Source: a virus (Duplodnaviria > Caudoviricetes). From it: 64,000 nt of DNA. The stretch's first letter is position 1, and each line of letters begins with the position of its first letter. The stretch lies in the IMG/VR virus record IMGVR_UViG_3300024344_003081; one strand, written 5' to 3'. Shown in pieces: positions 1 through 10,814 of the stretch. Below the pieces are notes generated by a model. It saw nothing but the letters and a program-made list of their open reading frames with translations, made no database searches and was not told where the DNA came from. A program made the position numbers and the translations under genes.

Positions 1-1887
1 GCTTTTTCTGCTGGAGGTGATTTAGGAAATAATGCAATAGTTGGAATTGCTTCGGGAGATGCTGGTTCTGGATCTATTAAGTCTATAGAAATTCAAGATC
101 CAGGAGTAGGATTTACATCCGTTCCTACAATAACATTACCAGGTCTTGGGGCAGAAAATGCAAATTTAACTGCAAAAATTGGTGCAATGAGATCAGAGAC
201 AGGGCTTTATCTCAATGAAGATGGTCAATTAAGTTCTAGTAAAAAACTTATTGATAGTAATTTTTATCAAGATTATTCTTATTCATTAATTGCTAATAAA
301 CAACTTAATGATTATCAAGAAATTGTTTTTAAATTATTGCATCCCGTAGGAACAAAACTTTTTGGAGAATTTACTCCTGATCCTACTGAATTGAATATGG
401 GATTTGATAGTAGAATAAAATTTGAGAATAATGATTTGGCATTAAAAGAAGATGGTGATGATCTTTTAATGGAAGATCAAACAGATCCAAGACATGAAGT
501 AATATTTAATAATAATCAAAATTTAGGAACAGGAACTGTTGCCTTAACAGGTAATTCTGAAGAATTATTGGGAGATTCTACAGATTTTACAGCAACGTAT
601 GCTGAAGGAGATCATGTAGTTATTGATGATGAACAATCTTTTGAAGTTTCTTATGGTGAATTAAGATTAGAGAATTATTTAACAGGTACAATATCAACAT
701 CATCATCAAATGTTATTTCTATTATAGGATTAGGTGATTCTTCTCCTAAGACTTTAACTGTACCTAGTGATTTTAGTGCTAATGCTAATTTTGTTGCAAA
801 TAGCGTAGTAACACAAATAAATTCTACCACAGGCGAAAAAGTAACAGGCATTGTTCTTAGACATGAACTAGATTCATCAAATAATAATACATTAATTTTA
901 CATTCTTGCAATGGAATATTTGATACTTCAAGTAATGCAAATTCTACAGTTGGAAATAATTCATTATTAAGCATAGAAACATATAATATGATTTTAGAAG
1001 GAAGTTCTGCAGATTTAACTGGTGATTTTGTATCAGAAGAAGATGGAGTATCGATTATTGCATTGGAAAATAGCATATATCAAAATAACGACTCTATCGT
1101 AACTGCAACATTTGAATATGCAAAATCAAATGTAATTTTTGGTGTTGCAACAGATTTTCAAACAGATTTTAGAATAAATGATAGAATTAAATTGTTATCA
1201 ACTCAACAAAATACAAAAATTATTGAAATAATTAATTCAACCTGTTTAATAGGAAATACTTCAATAAGCACAGATACCGATTTTAATATAGTTTTAGAAG
1301 AGGGGTCAGATGGTTATCCAGGAAATTTCATTGCAGAAAATAATGACAATATTATTTTAAATAATATTGATCCTAATGCAGTTAAATTTGATAATGAAGA
1401 TATTCAATTTTATAATTTGCTTGAAACAACGGTAAGGGGAACAACTACTGCAAATGGTGTATATACAGGAAATGTTTCTTTAGCAGGAATAAATTCTTCT
1501 TTTGGAGAAGATTTATTAGTAGGCGATGTTATTACATTATCTTCTAATACATCTCAAAAAGGAAAAATTTTAACGATAGCAGGTCAAACTTTAACTTTAA
1601 ATACAGCATTGGGTGATGGAACAGAGGGTCAAACTATAACTTTACATTCAATTAGAAATTTTGATTTAGAAAGAAATGCGACCTTTATAACATTATCAAC
1701 TCCTTATGATGCTTCAAATAATTTTATGAATTTGACAGTTAATTCATCCGCTACAGGATTGTTGCTTCTTGAAGATGGAGTTGGTACTGCTAATGCGGGA
1801 TATGTTGGAAACACCTCAACTGAGGGAAGTTTAAAATTTGAAATATTATCGACATTTAATAATCAAACACCTAAATTCATACAATAA
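1..1887 (+). CDS. Baseplate wedge protein, gp7-like (5'-truncated by window edge)
   Basis: Frame 1 is open from base 1 (AFSAGGDLGNN...) into ORF 187..1887. Contains the LLHPVGTKLFGE motif typical of T4-like gp7 wedge proteins and lies directly upstream of gp8. Confidence 0.65.
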   Translation, partial: AFSAGGDLGNNAIVGIASGDAGSGSIKSIEIQDPGVGFTSVPTITLPGLGAENANLTAKIGAMRSETGLYLNEDGQLSSSKKLIDSNFYQDYSYSLIANKQLNDYQEIVFKLLHPVGTKLFGEFTPDPTELNMGFDSRIKFENNDLALKEDGDDLLMEDQTDPRHEVIFNNNQNLGTGTVALTGNSEELLGDSTDFTATYAEGDHVVIDDEQSFEVSYGELRLENYLTGTISTSSSNVISIIGLGDSSPKTLTVPSDFSANANFVANSVVTQINSTTGEKVTGIVLRHELDSSNNNTLILHSCNGIFDTSSNANSTVGNNSLLSIETYNMILEGSSADLTGDFVSEEDGVSIIALENSIYQNNDSIVTATFEYAKSNVIFGVATDFQTDFRINDRIKLLSTQQNTKIIEIINSTCLIGNTSISTDTDFNIVLEEGSDGYPGNFIAENNDNIILNNIDPNAVKFDNEDIQFYNLLETTVRGTTTANGVYTGNVSLAGINSSFGEDLLVGDVITLSSNTSQKGKILTIAGQTLTLNTALGDGTEGQTITLHSIRNFDLERNATFITLSTPYDASNNFMNLTVNSSATGLLLLEDGVGTANAGYVGNTSTEGSLKFEILSTFNNQTPKFIQ

Positions 1888-1904
1888 TAAAAATATTTTA
1901 TTAA

Positions 1905-1912
1905 TATAAATA
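1905..1912 (+). promoter_or_regulatory. T4-type late promoter (TATAAATA)
   Basis: Exact TATAAATA ending 5 nt before the gp8 ATG at 1918. Confidence 0.75.
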
Positions 1913-1917
1913 AACAT

Positions 1918-3699
1918 ATGGCTAGACTGGTTACAACAAAATTTAAAATACATAACGCAGAGCAATTCATTGAATCTCTCAGCGAAACTTCGGCAACAAA
2001 TTTATATTTGTTTATCGGAAGAGTTCAAGAATGGACTGATGAAAATTCACCGCCTGCACCAACTGAAGCAGTAGCAAATACTTTGTATAGTTATTGGGAT
2101 CAAATGATTGCCGCAAAAAAAGTTACTTCTGCAGATGTTAAACATGTTATTACAAGAAGAAATTGGGAATCAAATACTGCATATACTGCTTATGCTCATA
2201 CAAATCCAGATCAGTTAGCAAATAATTTTTATGTTGTTACAGAAGATTTTAATGTATATAAGTGTTTACAAAATAATTTGTCGAACGGAACTTCAACAAT
2301 TAAGCCAACTGGTACAGGTTCAGCGGTTATTGAAATTGCAGATGGATATAAATGGAAATATATGTATACTATTACATCTCAAGATACTTTGAAATTTACA
2401 ACATCTGAATATATTCCCGTACAAAAAAGTATAGATTCTAGACAAATTGCAGTTGAAGATGCCGCTATTGATGGACAAATAGACATTATTAATAAAACAT
2501 CAAATGGTGATTTTAAAGTTGAATTTACGGCTGGTCCAACAAATGCTGTTGGAGATTCTCAAGATTTTATTTCTAGTGAGACTTTAGTGGGTCAAACATC
2601 GAATCAATATGGAACACTTGTCAGTTATACTTCAAGTGCGAATAATATAACTTATTCCCCTAGTGTAGGAAATACAAAATTTACTGATGGTGAAGTTGTT
2701 TTAGGAGCAACATCTAATGCGAGAGCAACAATTTCGCAGACGCCAGTATCAACATATGAATTTGATACAGGAGTATTTGCACAAGTGACTAATTCTACTG
2801 TAATGCAATTATCTACAAGTGCAAATAATAGTGTAGATGGTTTATATGTAAATTCAACTGTTTTTGTGGTAAATAATGCAGGACAAGGAGAACAAACTAC
2901 AATTACACAATATGATGCTTTGCTTAGAAGAATAACTGTAAATCCTGCTTTTACTGTTACACCAAGTACTGTTTCTGGTTATGAAGTAGCGCCATCAATT
3001 ACATTAAATGGAGATGGAAGTTCCTTTAAAGGAAGAACAAGAGGAAATGCATCTCATGGTGTAACCGAAGTAACTGTAACAGAAAAAGGAGCTGGTTTTA
3101 CTATAGCAAGTCCCTCTATTTTTGCTAATGTTTCTTATGGAACAGGAGCAAATTCTGAAGTTATTATTGGACCAGTAGGTGGTCACGGTAAAAATGCTAT
3201 TGAAGAATTGGGAGGAAATAGGGTTATGGTTGATTCTCGTATTTCTGGAAATGAATCGGGAAGATTTACAACATCTAATGATTTTAGACAAGTGGGATTA
3301 TTAAGAGATCCTTTACAAACTGCAAATACCCTTGCATTTTTTACAGAATCTTTATCGGATCAATCTACAACTTTAACAGTTGGAGCCGTTGCTGGATCTT
3401 TTCAATCAGATGAAAAGATTTATACAGGATCATCTTTAGCGGATAGTACGGCTAATGGAACTGTTGTAGATTTTCTAAATAATAATACATTAAGAATAAA
3501 TGAAGTCAAAGGTACTTTTCAAGATAGTAATGTGGTGACTGGAGCAAATTCAAGTTCATCCGGAACAATTTCTGCAAATGGTGTTGCTCAACCAGGAATG
3601 AAACCTTATAGTGGCGATGTACTTTATATTGAAAACAGAGAAAAAATTACTAGATTGCAGAATCAAGTAGAAGACTTTAAGATTGTATTGGAGTTTTAA
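1918..3699 (+). CDS. gp8: Baseplate wedge subunit gp8
   Basis: N-terminal KFKIHNAEQF, YLFIGR..W, VYKCLQN and DGYKWKYMY motifs, C-terminal GDVLYIENR...EDFKIVLEF, and position in the baseplate module. Confidence 0.85.
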   Translation: MARLVTTKFKIHNAEQFIESLSETSATNLYLFIGRVQEWTDENSPPAPTEAVANTLYSYWDQMIAAKKVTSADVKHVITRRNWESNTAYTAYAHTNPDQLANNFYVVTEDFNVYKCLQNNLSNGTSTIKPTGTGSAVIEIADGYKWKYMYTITSQDTLKFTTSEYIPVQKSIDSRQIAVEDAAIDGQIDIINKTSNGDFKVEFTAGPTNAVGDSQDFISSETLVGQTSNQYGTLVSYTSSANNITYSPSVGNTKFTDGEVVLGATSNARATISQTPVSTYEFDTGVFAQVTNSTVMQLSTSANNSVDGLYVNSTVFVVNNAGQGEQTTITQYDALLRRITVNPAFTVTPSTVSGYEVAPSITLNGDGSSFKGRTRGNASHGVTEVTVTEKGAGFTIASPSIFANVSYGTGANSEVIIGPVGGHGKNAIEELGGNRVMVDSRISGNESGRFTTSNDFRQVGLLRDPLQTANTLAFFTESLSDQSTTLTVGAVAGSFQSDEKIYTGSSLADSTANGTVVDFLNNNTLRINEVKGTFQDSNVVTGANSSSSGTISANGVAQPGMKPYSGDVLYIENREKITRLQNQVEDFKIVLEF

Positions 3700-3702
3700 C
3701 AA

Positions 3703-6700
3703 ATGCCTAAATTAACACAAGATTTTAATATATCACCTTATTATGATGATTTTAATGAAGCAAATAAATTTTATAAGGTTTTATATCGTCCTGGATATTC
3801 TGTTCAGGCAAGAGAACTAAATCAAATACAATCTATTCTTCAAAATCAGTTAGAAAAAACAGGAGATACCCTTTATCAAGATGGCTCTAAAGTTTTAGGA
3901 GCAGAATTAATTTTAAATAATAAGATTAATTCTTTAAAATTAAAACCAACTTATTCTGATGTTGCAATTACAGCAACATCTTTTAATGGTAGAATTATTC
4001 AAGGGCAAACATCTGGTGCGAAAGCAGAAGTTGTAACAAGTCAAATTTTTACAACTGAAAATTTAGATATTTTAATGATAAACTATGTTGATGATACTAA
4101 ATTTTTAGATAATGAAACAATTAATACCATTGATACAGGAACAACATATTTTGCAACTGTTGCTGGAGCAGATGAAGGATTAACTGGAGCAACTACATCG
4201 ACATCTTTAGCTTCTGGTTTGGGTTCTATAGTTAGTGTTAATGAGGGATTATTTTATATTGGTGGATATTTTGTATATGTTTCTCCTCAAAATCTTATTT
4301 TAGATACTGAAAATAATAATCCTTCTACAAGAATAGGATTAACAACTACAGAATCTATCGTTTCAAGTATTGAAGATTCTACGCTTTTAGATAATGCTCT
4401 AGGAACTCCTAATTATTCTGCTCCTGGTGCAAATAGATATAAAATTGATTTAGAATTATCATCAAAAACTTATTTTGAATCTGGTAAAACAGTAGCATCA
4501 TCGGGTGTTACTTTTTCTGTAAATACAAAAGATAATAGATCAGGAACAGTAAGTGTAACAACAACCACTGACCATAACTTGTCTGTGGGTGATGTCATAG
4601 TTGTATCTGGTGTTACTGAAGCAGATTATAATGGAAAATATTCAGTTTCAGCAGTAGGATCCACTACAACATTTTCTTATCTAATACAAGGTAAACCATC
4701 AACACCTGCTACTGGAACACCTGTATATGTAACAGGAGTAGTTGATCCAATTGCTAGAACTTCTGATTCTGATTTTATTGAATTATTAAGATTAGAAAAT
4801 GGTGAAAAGATTGAAGAAGTAAAATTTCCTATTATGGGAAATATAGAAAAAACTTTAGCAAGACGAACATTTGATGCTTCTGGAGATTTTACAGTTAGAC
4901 CATTTTCCCTTGATGTTATGAATCATAAGATTCAAGGAACTGCGGGTGAAAGAACAACGACAAATACAAGCACAACTATTACTGCTAATGGCGCAAACTT
5001 TATAGCAGATGTTAATGTTGGTGATACTATATTCTTTTCAGGAAATACTTCAAAAACTGGTGAAGTTTCATCAATCACAAATGGAACAACTTTAACATTA
5101 ACAACTGGAACTGCTTTAGGTGATGGAAGCAATAATCAAAAAATAGGTGTTTCTACAAAATTATCTGCAGAATTAAGTCCAGGAAAAGCATATATTAAGG
5201 GGTTTGAACATGAAACTATGACTCCAACATATGTAAATTTAAATAAAGCAAGAAGTACAGAATCAGTTTCCGCAGAAAAACAAGGAGTTGAATTTGGGCC
5301 ATATGCAAAAGTATCAGATGTTATTTCTAATACTGCTTTTTCTTTGGGAGTAAATTCTGCAACTATTAATTCAACATCTGGAGGAACGGGTGCTGATTTA
5401 TTAGATTTACATATGGTTAAGTGGCCATCGACTACACAATTGCATGGGACAGTAACAGCAAGTGAAAAAATTATATGGAATTCAAATGGAGCAATTGGTA
5501 AAGTTGGTATTGATAATACTTCAGCCGCAACCATAGCAAACACAAAAATAGGTACAGTACGATTAAGACAGCTTGATTTTAGAGAAGGAAGATCATCTAC
5601 CGTAACTGATGAATATGGTGGTGGAGCCGATGCTAATGGTACATATCATATAAAATTTCCTGCAATATATGATGCTCATTTATTTGATTTTAGATTTGAC
5701 AAAACTACGGGAACAGTTGCGGGTGCTGTTGCCGCTAATGATACAATTATTAGTTTACCGACATCAGGAGCTAATTCTTTCCCTACAGTCAATTGTTTGT
5801 ATGGTGCAACTATAACTGTTAATACATCATATTTGGGTGTAAATACTTCTGATACTAGAGATATAATTGCTTGGACAGGTGCAAATTCTCAAGCCGCTAT
5901 GGGATTCGATTTAAATGCAGATGGTTCAGCACAAGCGGCCGCATATCATGCACAATTAGATAGTTCATTAACACAAGCAACTCAATCTACTTCTACTTAT
6001 ACTTTGACTTTTGGAATTAAAGATATTCGTTCTGCTGTTCAAACAACAACTACCACTTTTGATAAAGCAATGAATATTGATATTAGTGGTAAAAACGATT
6101 TAACGGAAAGTGGAAATACTGTTATCTTTGATAATAATGATGATCAAAGATCACTATTGTTTCCTTATCAAAATAAAACCGTTGCGGGCCTAACAAAAGC
6201 ATCTTATAAATTAAAAAGATCATTTACGGCCGCACTTACTGGTAATTCTGTTGCTATTACGGCCACAGAAGGAGGAGAATTATTTTATCCAGCAACTGGA
6301 GCAGGAAATGTTTCTGCGGCGGTTGCAGATGCTAATTATCTAGTTTTTGTTCCTGGTGATGGTGGGGGCGAATATATTGAATTTAGTAATACTTCTGGAT
6401 CTTCATTAGGAGACGGTAGATATATTTCATTAAATGAGGATGGAGACCAATTAACAATTAATGTAGAATCAGATACAGCAGGTGCAAGAGATTATACAGG
6501 TAATACAATACATGTTATTGCTACAATGATGTATAAAGCGGCAGGAGCAACAAGAACGAATGGTGGTATTGGAACAAAAACTTTAGTAGTAGGAAACACT
6601 ACAGTTGCTAATGTAACTTCTGGTTCATCAAATACGATTCAGGCAGATTCTGGACAAATTTATTTTGGAAAAACAATAAATGCAGAACCTAAAGTAGCTA

Positions 6701-9700
6701 ATAGTTTAAAAGTAGCAGATATTAAAAAATTAGTTGCTGTTGTAACTTCTTTAGATGTAACATCTGAAGTTACAACTGCTATGATGACAGCGGCTTTGGC
6801 TGATACTGCAAATGCTCATAACATTACAAGTAATTTTATATTTGATAATGGACAAAAAGACAATTATTATGATTATGGAACTATAACTTTAAAACCTGGA
6901 GAAGATAGACCAACTGGACAAGTAATAGCAATAGTTGATTATTATAATCATACTGGTTATGGTCCATTTACAGTTGATTCTTATGTTTGGTCTGGTTCTG
7001 GAAATACTGCGTATGCAGATATTCCATCGTTTACAAGTCCAATTACTGGAGCAAAAGTTGAATTAAGAGATATGATTGATTTTAGACCTAAAAGATTAGG
7101 TTATGAAACATCTGATGGAACTAACTCTCAAACTAATGATATTACAGCAACAGCAAATGTATTTAATGAAAAAGCAATGCCTGATTATGATTATACATTT
7201 GATACAGATTATAGTTATTATATTTCAAGAAAAGATAAGATTGTATTAAATAGAGATAGAACATTTGATATAATTGAAGGAGTATCAGATAAATTTCCTC
7301 AATTACCTGCAGATGATGATGATTCTATGACATTGTATAATCTTGAAATTCCTGCATATACTTTTAATGCAGATGATGTAAAAGTAAATTATGTTGATAA
7401 TAAAAGATTTACAATGAGAGATGTTGGTAAACTTGAAAGAAGAATTGAAAATCTTGAATATTATGTTTCTCTTAGTTTGCTAGAAAAAGAAGCTGATGGA
7501 TTAATCATTACTGATGCAAATGGTAGTGACCGATTTAAAAATGGAATTCTTGTAGATCCATTTGCAGGACATAATATTGGAGATGTTTTTAACGATGATT
7601 TTAATGCATCAATTGATTATGATAAAAAAATATTAAGACCGTCTTTTAGTACTGATTTACATCCATTAAATTTTAATGCTAATAGTGATTCTGGTCAGGC
7701 TTTTTCAACATTAGTTAATAATTCAGGTGTATTAACTCTTCCATTTGCGGCAAATTCATTTATATCAATGCCTCTTACAGGATCAAATGATAGTAAAAAT
7801 ACTCAAAAAACTTTTCAAATAAATCCTTTTTCTGTTCAGAATTATATGGGTCAAATGAAATTAGATCCATATGGTGATATGTGGTATGATCAAAGCAATC
7901 AAGTACAAGTAAAAGTTAATATTGAAGGACAATATGATAATTGGGTTTCGGGTATTTTAACAAATAAGGGACATGGTACTCATTGGAACGATTGGGAAGA
8001 AATTTGGTCTGGATCTCAAATCAATAATGATGTTAAAGAAGGTGTTAGAGATACTGGAGACATATCAAATAATAATAGAAAAGCAAAAACAACGGAACAA
8101 AATAAAACATTAACTGGACTAAGTTCGGGAAGTGTACCAGAAAAAATTATTAAAACTGTTGGAAATAAAACAGTTAATTTGAGTGTAGTTCCAAAAGTAA
8201 GACAACAATCAATAACTTTTATTGCTAAAGGATTAAAACCAAATAAAAATGTTTATGCTTATTTTGGTGATTTAAATGTGACATCTAATGTAAAACAAGC
8301 ATGTGTTGCAACTTTATCAAATGTAAGTACATCTAATGTATTTCGAACAACATCAGGAAATTTTGAACAAACTACAATTCAAGGTTCAGGATCAAATGCT
8401 AGTAATACTGCTAAGATTATTTACATGAGTGACAGAAATAGTCAAAATAGTTGTACTGTTTTACTTACAGATTTATCTGCCCAAACTGCTTTTAGTATTG
8501 GATCAGTAATTCAAGGAGATTTTACTAAAGCAAATGGAGCTATTTCTGCAATTACACATTATGGTATTGAAGATACATTGCTAACAGTATCTTCTGAGGG
8601 TGTTGTTGGAGGAGTTTTTAATGTGCCTGCAGATACATTTACAGGAAATCAAAATCTTTTTAGATTAACAGATGAACCAGACAATATTTCTTCAGTTACA
8701 ACATCAGTTGCAGAAGAAATTTTTCATTCTACAGGAGTGCTTGATACTAAAACTGAATTGGGTCTTGTTTCTATTAGACCTTTTATTTCCAGACGAGAAA
8801 ATATTAAAGAAGAAAGAGTTACAAGATCAACTTCTGATGGTAGACAATCAAAATCTACTGATTTTATGAATCCGATGGCGCAAACTTTTTCAATTGATAA
8901 AAATCAATATCCTGCGGGAATTTTTGTTGATTCTTTAACTTTATTTTTTAATGGAAAAGATGTATCAGTAGGAAATAGGACTCCTGTAACTTTACAATTA
9001 AGACCTTTGGTCAACGGAATACCAAGCACATCATTAATTATACCAGGAAGTGAAGTTGTTTTAACTCCTGGAAGAATTACTGCAAATACAAGTACGCCAA
9101 TTGCGAATACTAGCGGAGGATTTCCTGCTGGCTTTTTGGGCAATTCTGATACTGCAAATAAGAGTGCTACAGATGTTGGGTCAAGAACAATGTTTAAATT
9201 TGATCATCCTATTTTTCTTTCTCCTGATGAATATGCAATTTGTGTTTTAACTAATAGTAGTTCTTACAAACTTTATGGATTTGAATATGGTGCTTATCAT
9301 ACAGGAACTTCTAGAAAAATAACAAAACAGCCTTATGTTGGAAGTTTTTTCAAACCTTCGAATGTAGGAAATTGGCAAGAGGTGCTAGATCAAGGTTTAA
9401 TGTTTCAATTAAATAGATGTGAATTTATATCATCTAATGCATATGCTAGATTAGATAATTCTGATATTTCAAGTGGAAATGCAAGTTCGAATACAACTAT
9501 GGATGCATTTAAAGTAGTAACAGATTCATTTAATTTTGCAAACACTTATACGAGTTTTGATTATTATACAACAGATTTAGCGGGGGCAACAAAAGGGTCT
9601 AATGTAAGATTTAAAGAAAATAAAAATATTGATTTCAAAAAACAAAAGCAAATTACATATCCACAAGTTGCAAATAATAGTTTTACAATTAATGCATATT

Positions 9701-10587
9701 TTGAAACTGCAAATAGTTTAATAACTCCAGTAATTGATGAGCAAAGAACTGGTATTATTAGTATTGAAAATCTCATTAATAATGGAAGTTTGTCAAATTC
9801 TGATATTGTTTTATCTAATACTGGAACAGGTTACTATCTAGCTGAAGTAGGTAGTGCAACAAGCAATGCGGCCTCAGATGGTAATACAAGCGTGTTTGTA
9901 GTATCTGCTCCTGATATTGGTGCAAATACTGCAACATTAGCCGCTAATGTTCATGCAAATGGTATTATTAATCAAGTAGTTGTTAAAAGTGGTGGTTCAG
10001 GATATATTTCTACTCCTTCAATTACTAATTGGGATACTGGAGGATCTGTTTCTTCCGCTGATAATGTACGAATGACAACAGCCGCTTCTATTAGCGTTGT
10101 TGGTGAGGGAGCTAATAATACAGCAAATATACAAACAACAAATGTAGTATCATTTTCTTCTGGGGGAAATTTAACCGCTAGATATATTTCAAGAAGGGTT
10201 ACTCTAGAAGAAGGATTTGATGCAATGGATATTAAATTATACATGGATGCATATAAACCAAGAGGAGCTAATATACATGCTTATTATAAAGTTCTTTCTG
10301 GTGAAGATGCAGAACCATTTGATGAAAAACCTTGGGTTCTTATGTATCAAAAAACTGCAGATACTACTTATTCTATAAATGAAAATGATTTTAAACGATT
10401 TCAATTTAATACATTTGATGAAAAAATTACTTATATTTCTGGTGGTGGAGGAACATTTGAAAGATTTAGAACATTTGCTATTAAATTAGTCATGACTTTA
10501 GATAGAGTATCACAGGATTCTTTTATAGGAATTCCTAAAATAGCTAATTTACGGGCAATTGCTCTTGATAGTGAAGGAACTCCTTGA
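3703..10587 (+). CDS. Large virion structural protein, VrlC/DUF4815-like (baseplate-associated)
   Basis: N-terminus FNISPYYDDF...KVLYRPGYSVQARELNQIQSILQNQ, internal RRTFDASGDF, GKAYIKGFE, RFTMRDVGKLERRIENLEYY and RFKNGILVDPF; this 2294 aa type follows gp8 in marine T4-like phages. Confidence 0.8.
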   Translation: MPKLTQDFNISPYYDDFNEANKFYKVLYRPGYSVQARELNQIQSILQNQLEKTGDTLYQDGSKVLGAELILNNKINSLKLKPTYSDVAITATSFNGRIIQGQTSGAKAEVVTSQIFTTENLDILMINYVDDTKFLDNETINTIDTGTTYFATVAGADEGLTGATTSTSLASGLGSIVSVNEGLFYIGGYFVYVSPQNLILDTENNNPSTRIGLTTTESIVSSIEDSTLLDNALGTPNYSAPGANRYKIDLELSSKTYFESGKTVASSGVTFSVNTKDNRSGTVSVTTTTDHNLSVGDVIVVSGVTEADYNGKYSVSAVGSTTTFSYLIQGKPSTPATGTPVYVTGVVDPIARTSDSDFIELLRLENGEKIEEVKFPIMGNIEKTLARRTFDASGDFTVRPFSLDVMNHKIQGTAGERTTTNTSTTITANGANFIADVNVGDTIFFSGNTSKTGEVSSITNGTTLTLTTGTALGDGSNNQKIGVSTKLSAELSPGKAYIKGFEHETMTPTYVNLNKARSTESVSAEKQGVEFGPYAKVSDVISNTAFSLGVNSATINSTSGGTGADLLDLHMVKWPSTTQLHGTVTASEKIIWNSNGAIGKVGIDNTSAATIANTKIGTVRLRQLDFREGRSSTVTDEYGGGADANGTYHIKFPAIYDAHLFDFRFDKTTGTVAGAVAANDTIISLPTSGANSFPTVNCLYGATITVNTSYLGVNTSDTRDIIAWTGANSQAAMGFDLNADGSAQAAAYHAQLDSSLTQATQSTSTYTLTFGIKDIRSAVQTTTTTFDKAMNIDISGKNDLTESGNTVIFDNNDDQRSLLFPYQNKTVAGLTKASYKLKRSFTAALTGNSVAITATEGGELFYPATGAGNVSAAVADANYLVFVPGDGGGEYIEFSNTSGSSLGDGRYISLNEDGDQLTINVESDTAGARDYTGNTIHVIATMMYKAAGATRTNGGIGTKTLVVGNTTVANVTSGSSNTIQADSGQIYFGKTINAEPKVANSLKVADIKKLVAVVTSLDVTSEVTTAMMTAALADTANAHNITSNFIFDNGQKDNYYDYGTITLKPGEDRPTGQVIAIVDYYNHTGYGPFTVDSYVWSGSGNTAYADIPSFTSPITGAKVELRDMIDFRPKRLGYETSDGTNSQTNDITATANVFNEKAMPDYDYTFDTDYSYYISRKDKIVLNRDRTFDIIEGVSDKFPQLPADDDDSMTLYNLEIPAYTFNADDVKVNYVDNKRFTMRDVGKLERRIENLEYYVSLSLLEKEADGLIITDANGSDRFKNGILVDPFAGHNIGDVFNDDFNASIDYDKKILRPSFSTDLHPLNFNANSDSGQAFSTLVNNSGVLTLPFAANSFISMPLTGSNDSKNTQKTFQINPFSVQNYMGQMKLDPYGDMWYDQSNQVQVKVNIEGQYDNWVSGILTNKGHGTHWNDWEEIWSGSQINNDVKEGVRDTGDISNNNRKAKTTEQNKTLTGLSSGSVPEKIIKTVGNKTVNLSVVPKVRQQSITFIAKGLKPNKNVYAYFGDLNVTSNVKQACVATLSNVSTSNVFRTTSGNFEQTTIQGSGSNASNTAKIIYMSDRNSQNSCTVLLTDLSAQTAFSIGSVIQGDFTKANGAISAITHYGIEDTLLTVSSEGVVGGVFNVPADTFTGNQNLFRLTDEPDNISSVTTSVAEEIFHSTGVLDTKTELGLVSIRPFISRRENIKEERVTRSTSDGRQSKSTDFMNPMAQTFSIDKNQYPAGIFVDSLTLFFNGKDVSVGNRTPVTLQLRPLVNGIPSTSLIIPGSEVVLTPGRITANTSTPIANTSGGFPAGFLGNSDTANKSATDVGSRTMFKFDHPIFLSPDEYAICVLTNSSSYKLYGFEYGAYHTGTSRKITKQPYVGSFFKPSNVGNWQEVLDQGLMFQLNRCEFISSNAYARLDNSDISSGNASSNTTMDAFKVVTDSFNFANTYTSFDYYTTDLAGATKGSNVRFKENKNIDFKKQKQITYPQVANNSFTINAYFETANSLITPVIDEQRTGIISIENLINNGSLSNSDIVLSNTGTGYYLAEVGSATSNAASDGNTSVFVVSAPDIGANTATLAANVHANGIINQVVVKSGGSGYISTPSITNWDTGGSVSSADNVRMTTAASISVVGEGANNTANIQTTNVVSFSSGGNLTARYISRRVTLEEGFDAMDIKLYMDAYKPRGANIHAYYKVLSGEDAEPFDEKPWVLMYQKTADTTYSINENDFKRFQFNTFDEKITYISGGGGTFERFRTFAIKLVMTLDRVSQDSFIGIPKIANLRAIALDSEGTP

Positions 10588-10814
10588 TAGTAAAAACAGA
10601 TAATCCAAGATATCATAGAGACACATTATCTAATGCAATTATTGCAACTGATCAAAAGGCTTTATTAAAACATAGACAAAAAGTATCACAAACCAGTCTA
10701 ATAAAAACTAATGAAAATGAAATAAATACCTTAAGAACAGATGTTAATAATATTAAAAATGATATTAATAAAATTTTAGAATTGTTAAGTAAGGACAAAG
10801 ATGGCAATATCTGA
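10584..10814 (+). CDS. Small coiled-coil hypothetical protein
   Basis: 76 aa, overlaps both neighbours; C-terminal heptad-like helix EINTLRTDVNNIKNDINKILELL. Confidence 0.65.
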   Translation: MIVKTDNPRYHRDTLSNAIIATDQKALLKHRQKVSQTSLIKTNENEINTLRTDVNNIKNDINKILELLSKDKDGNI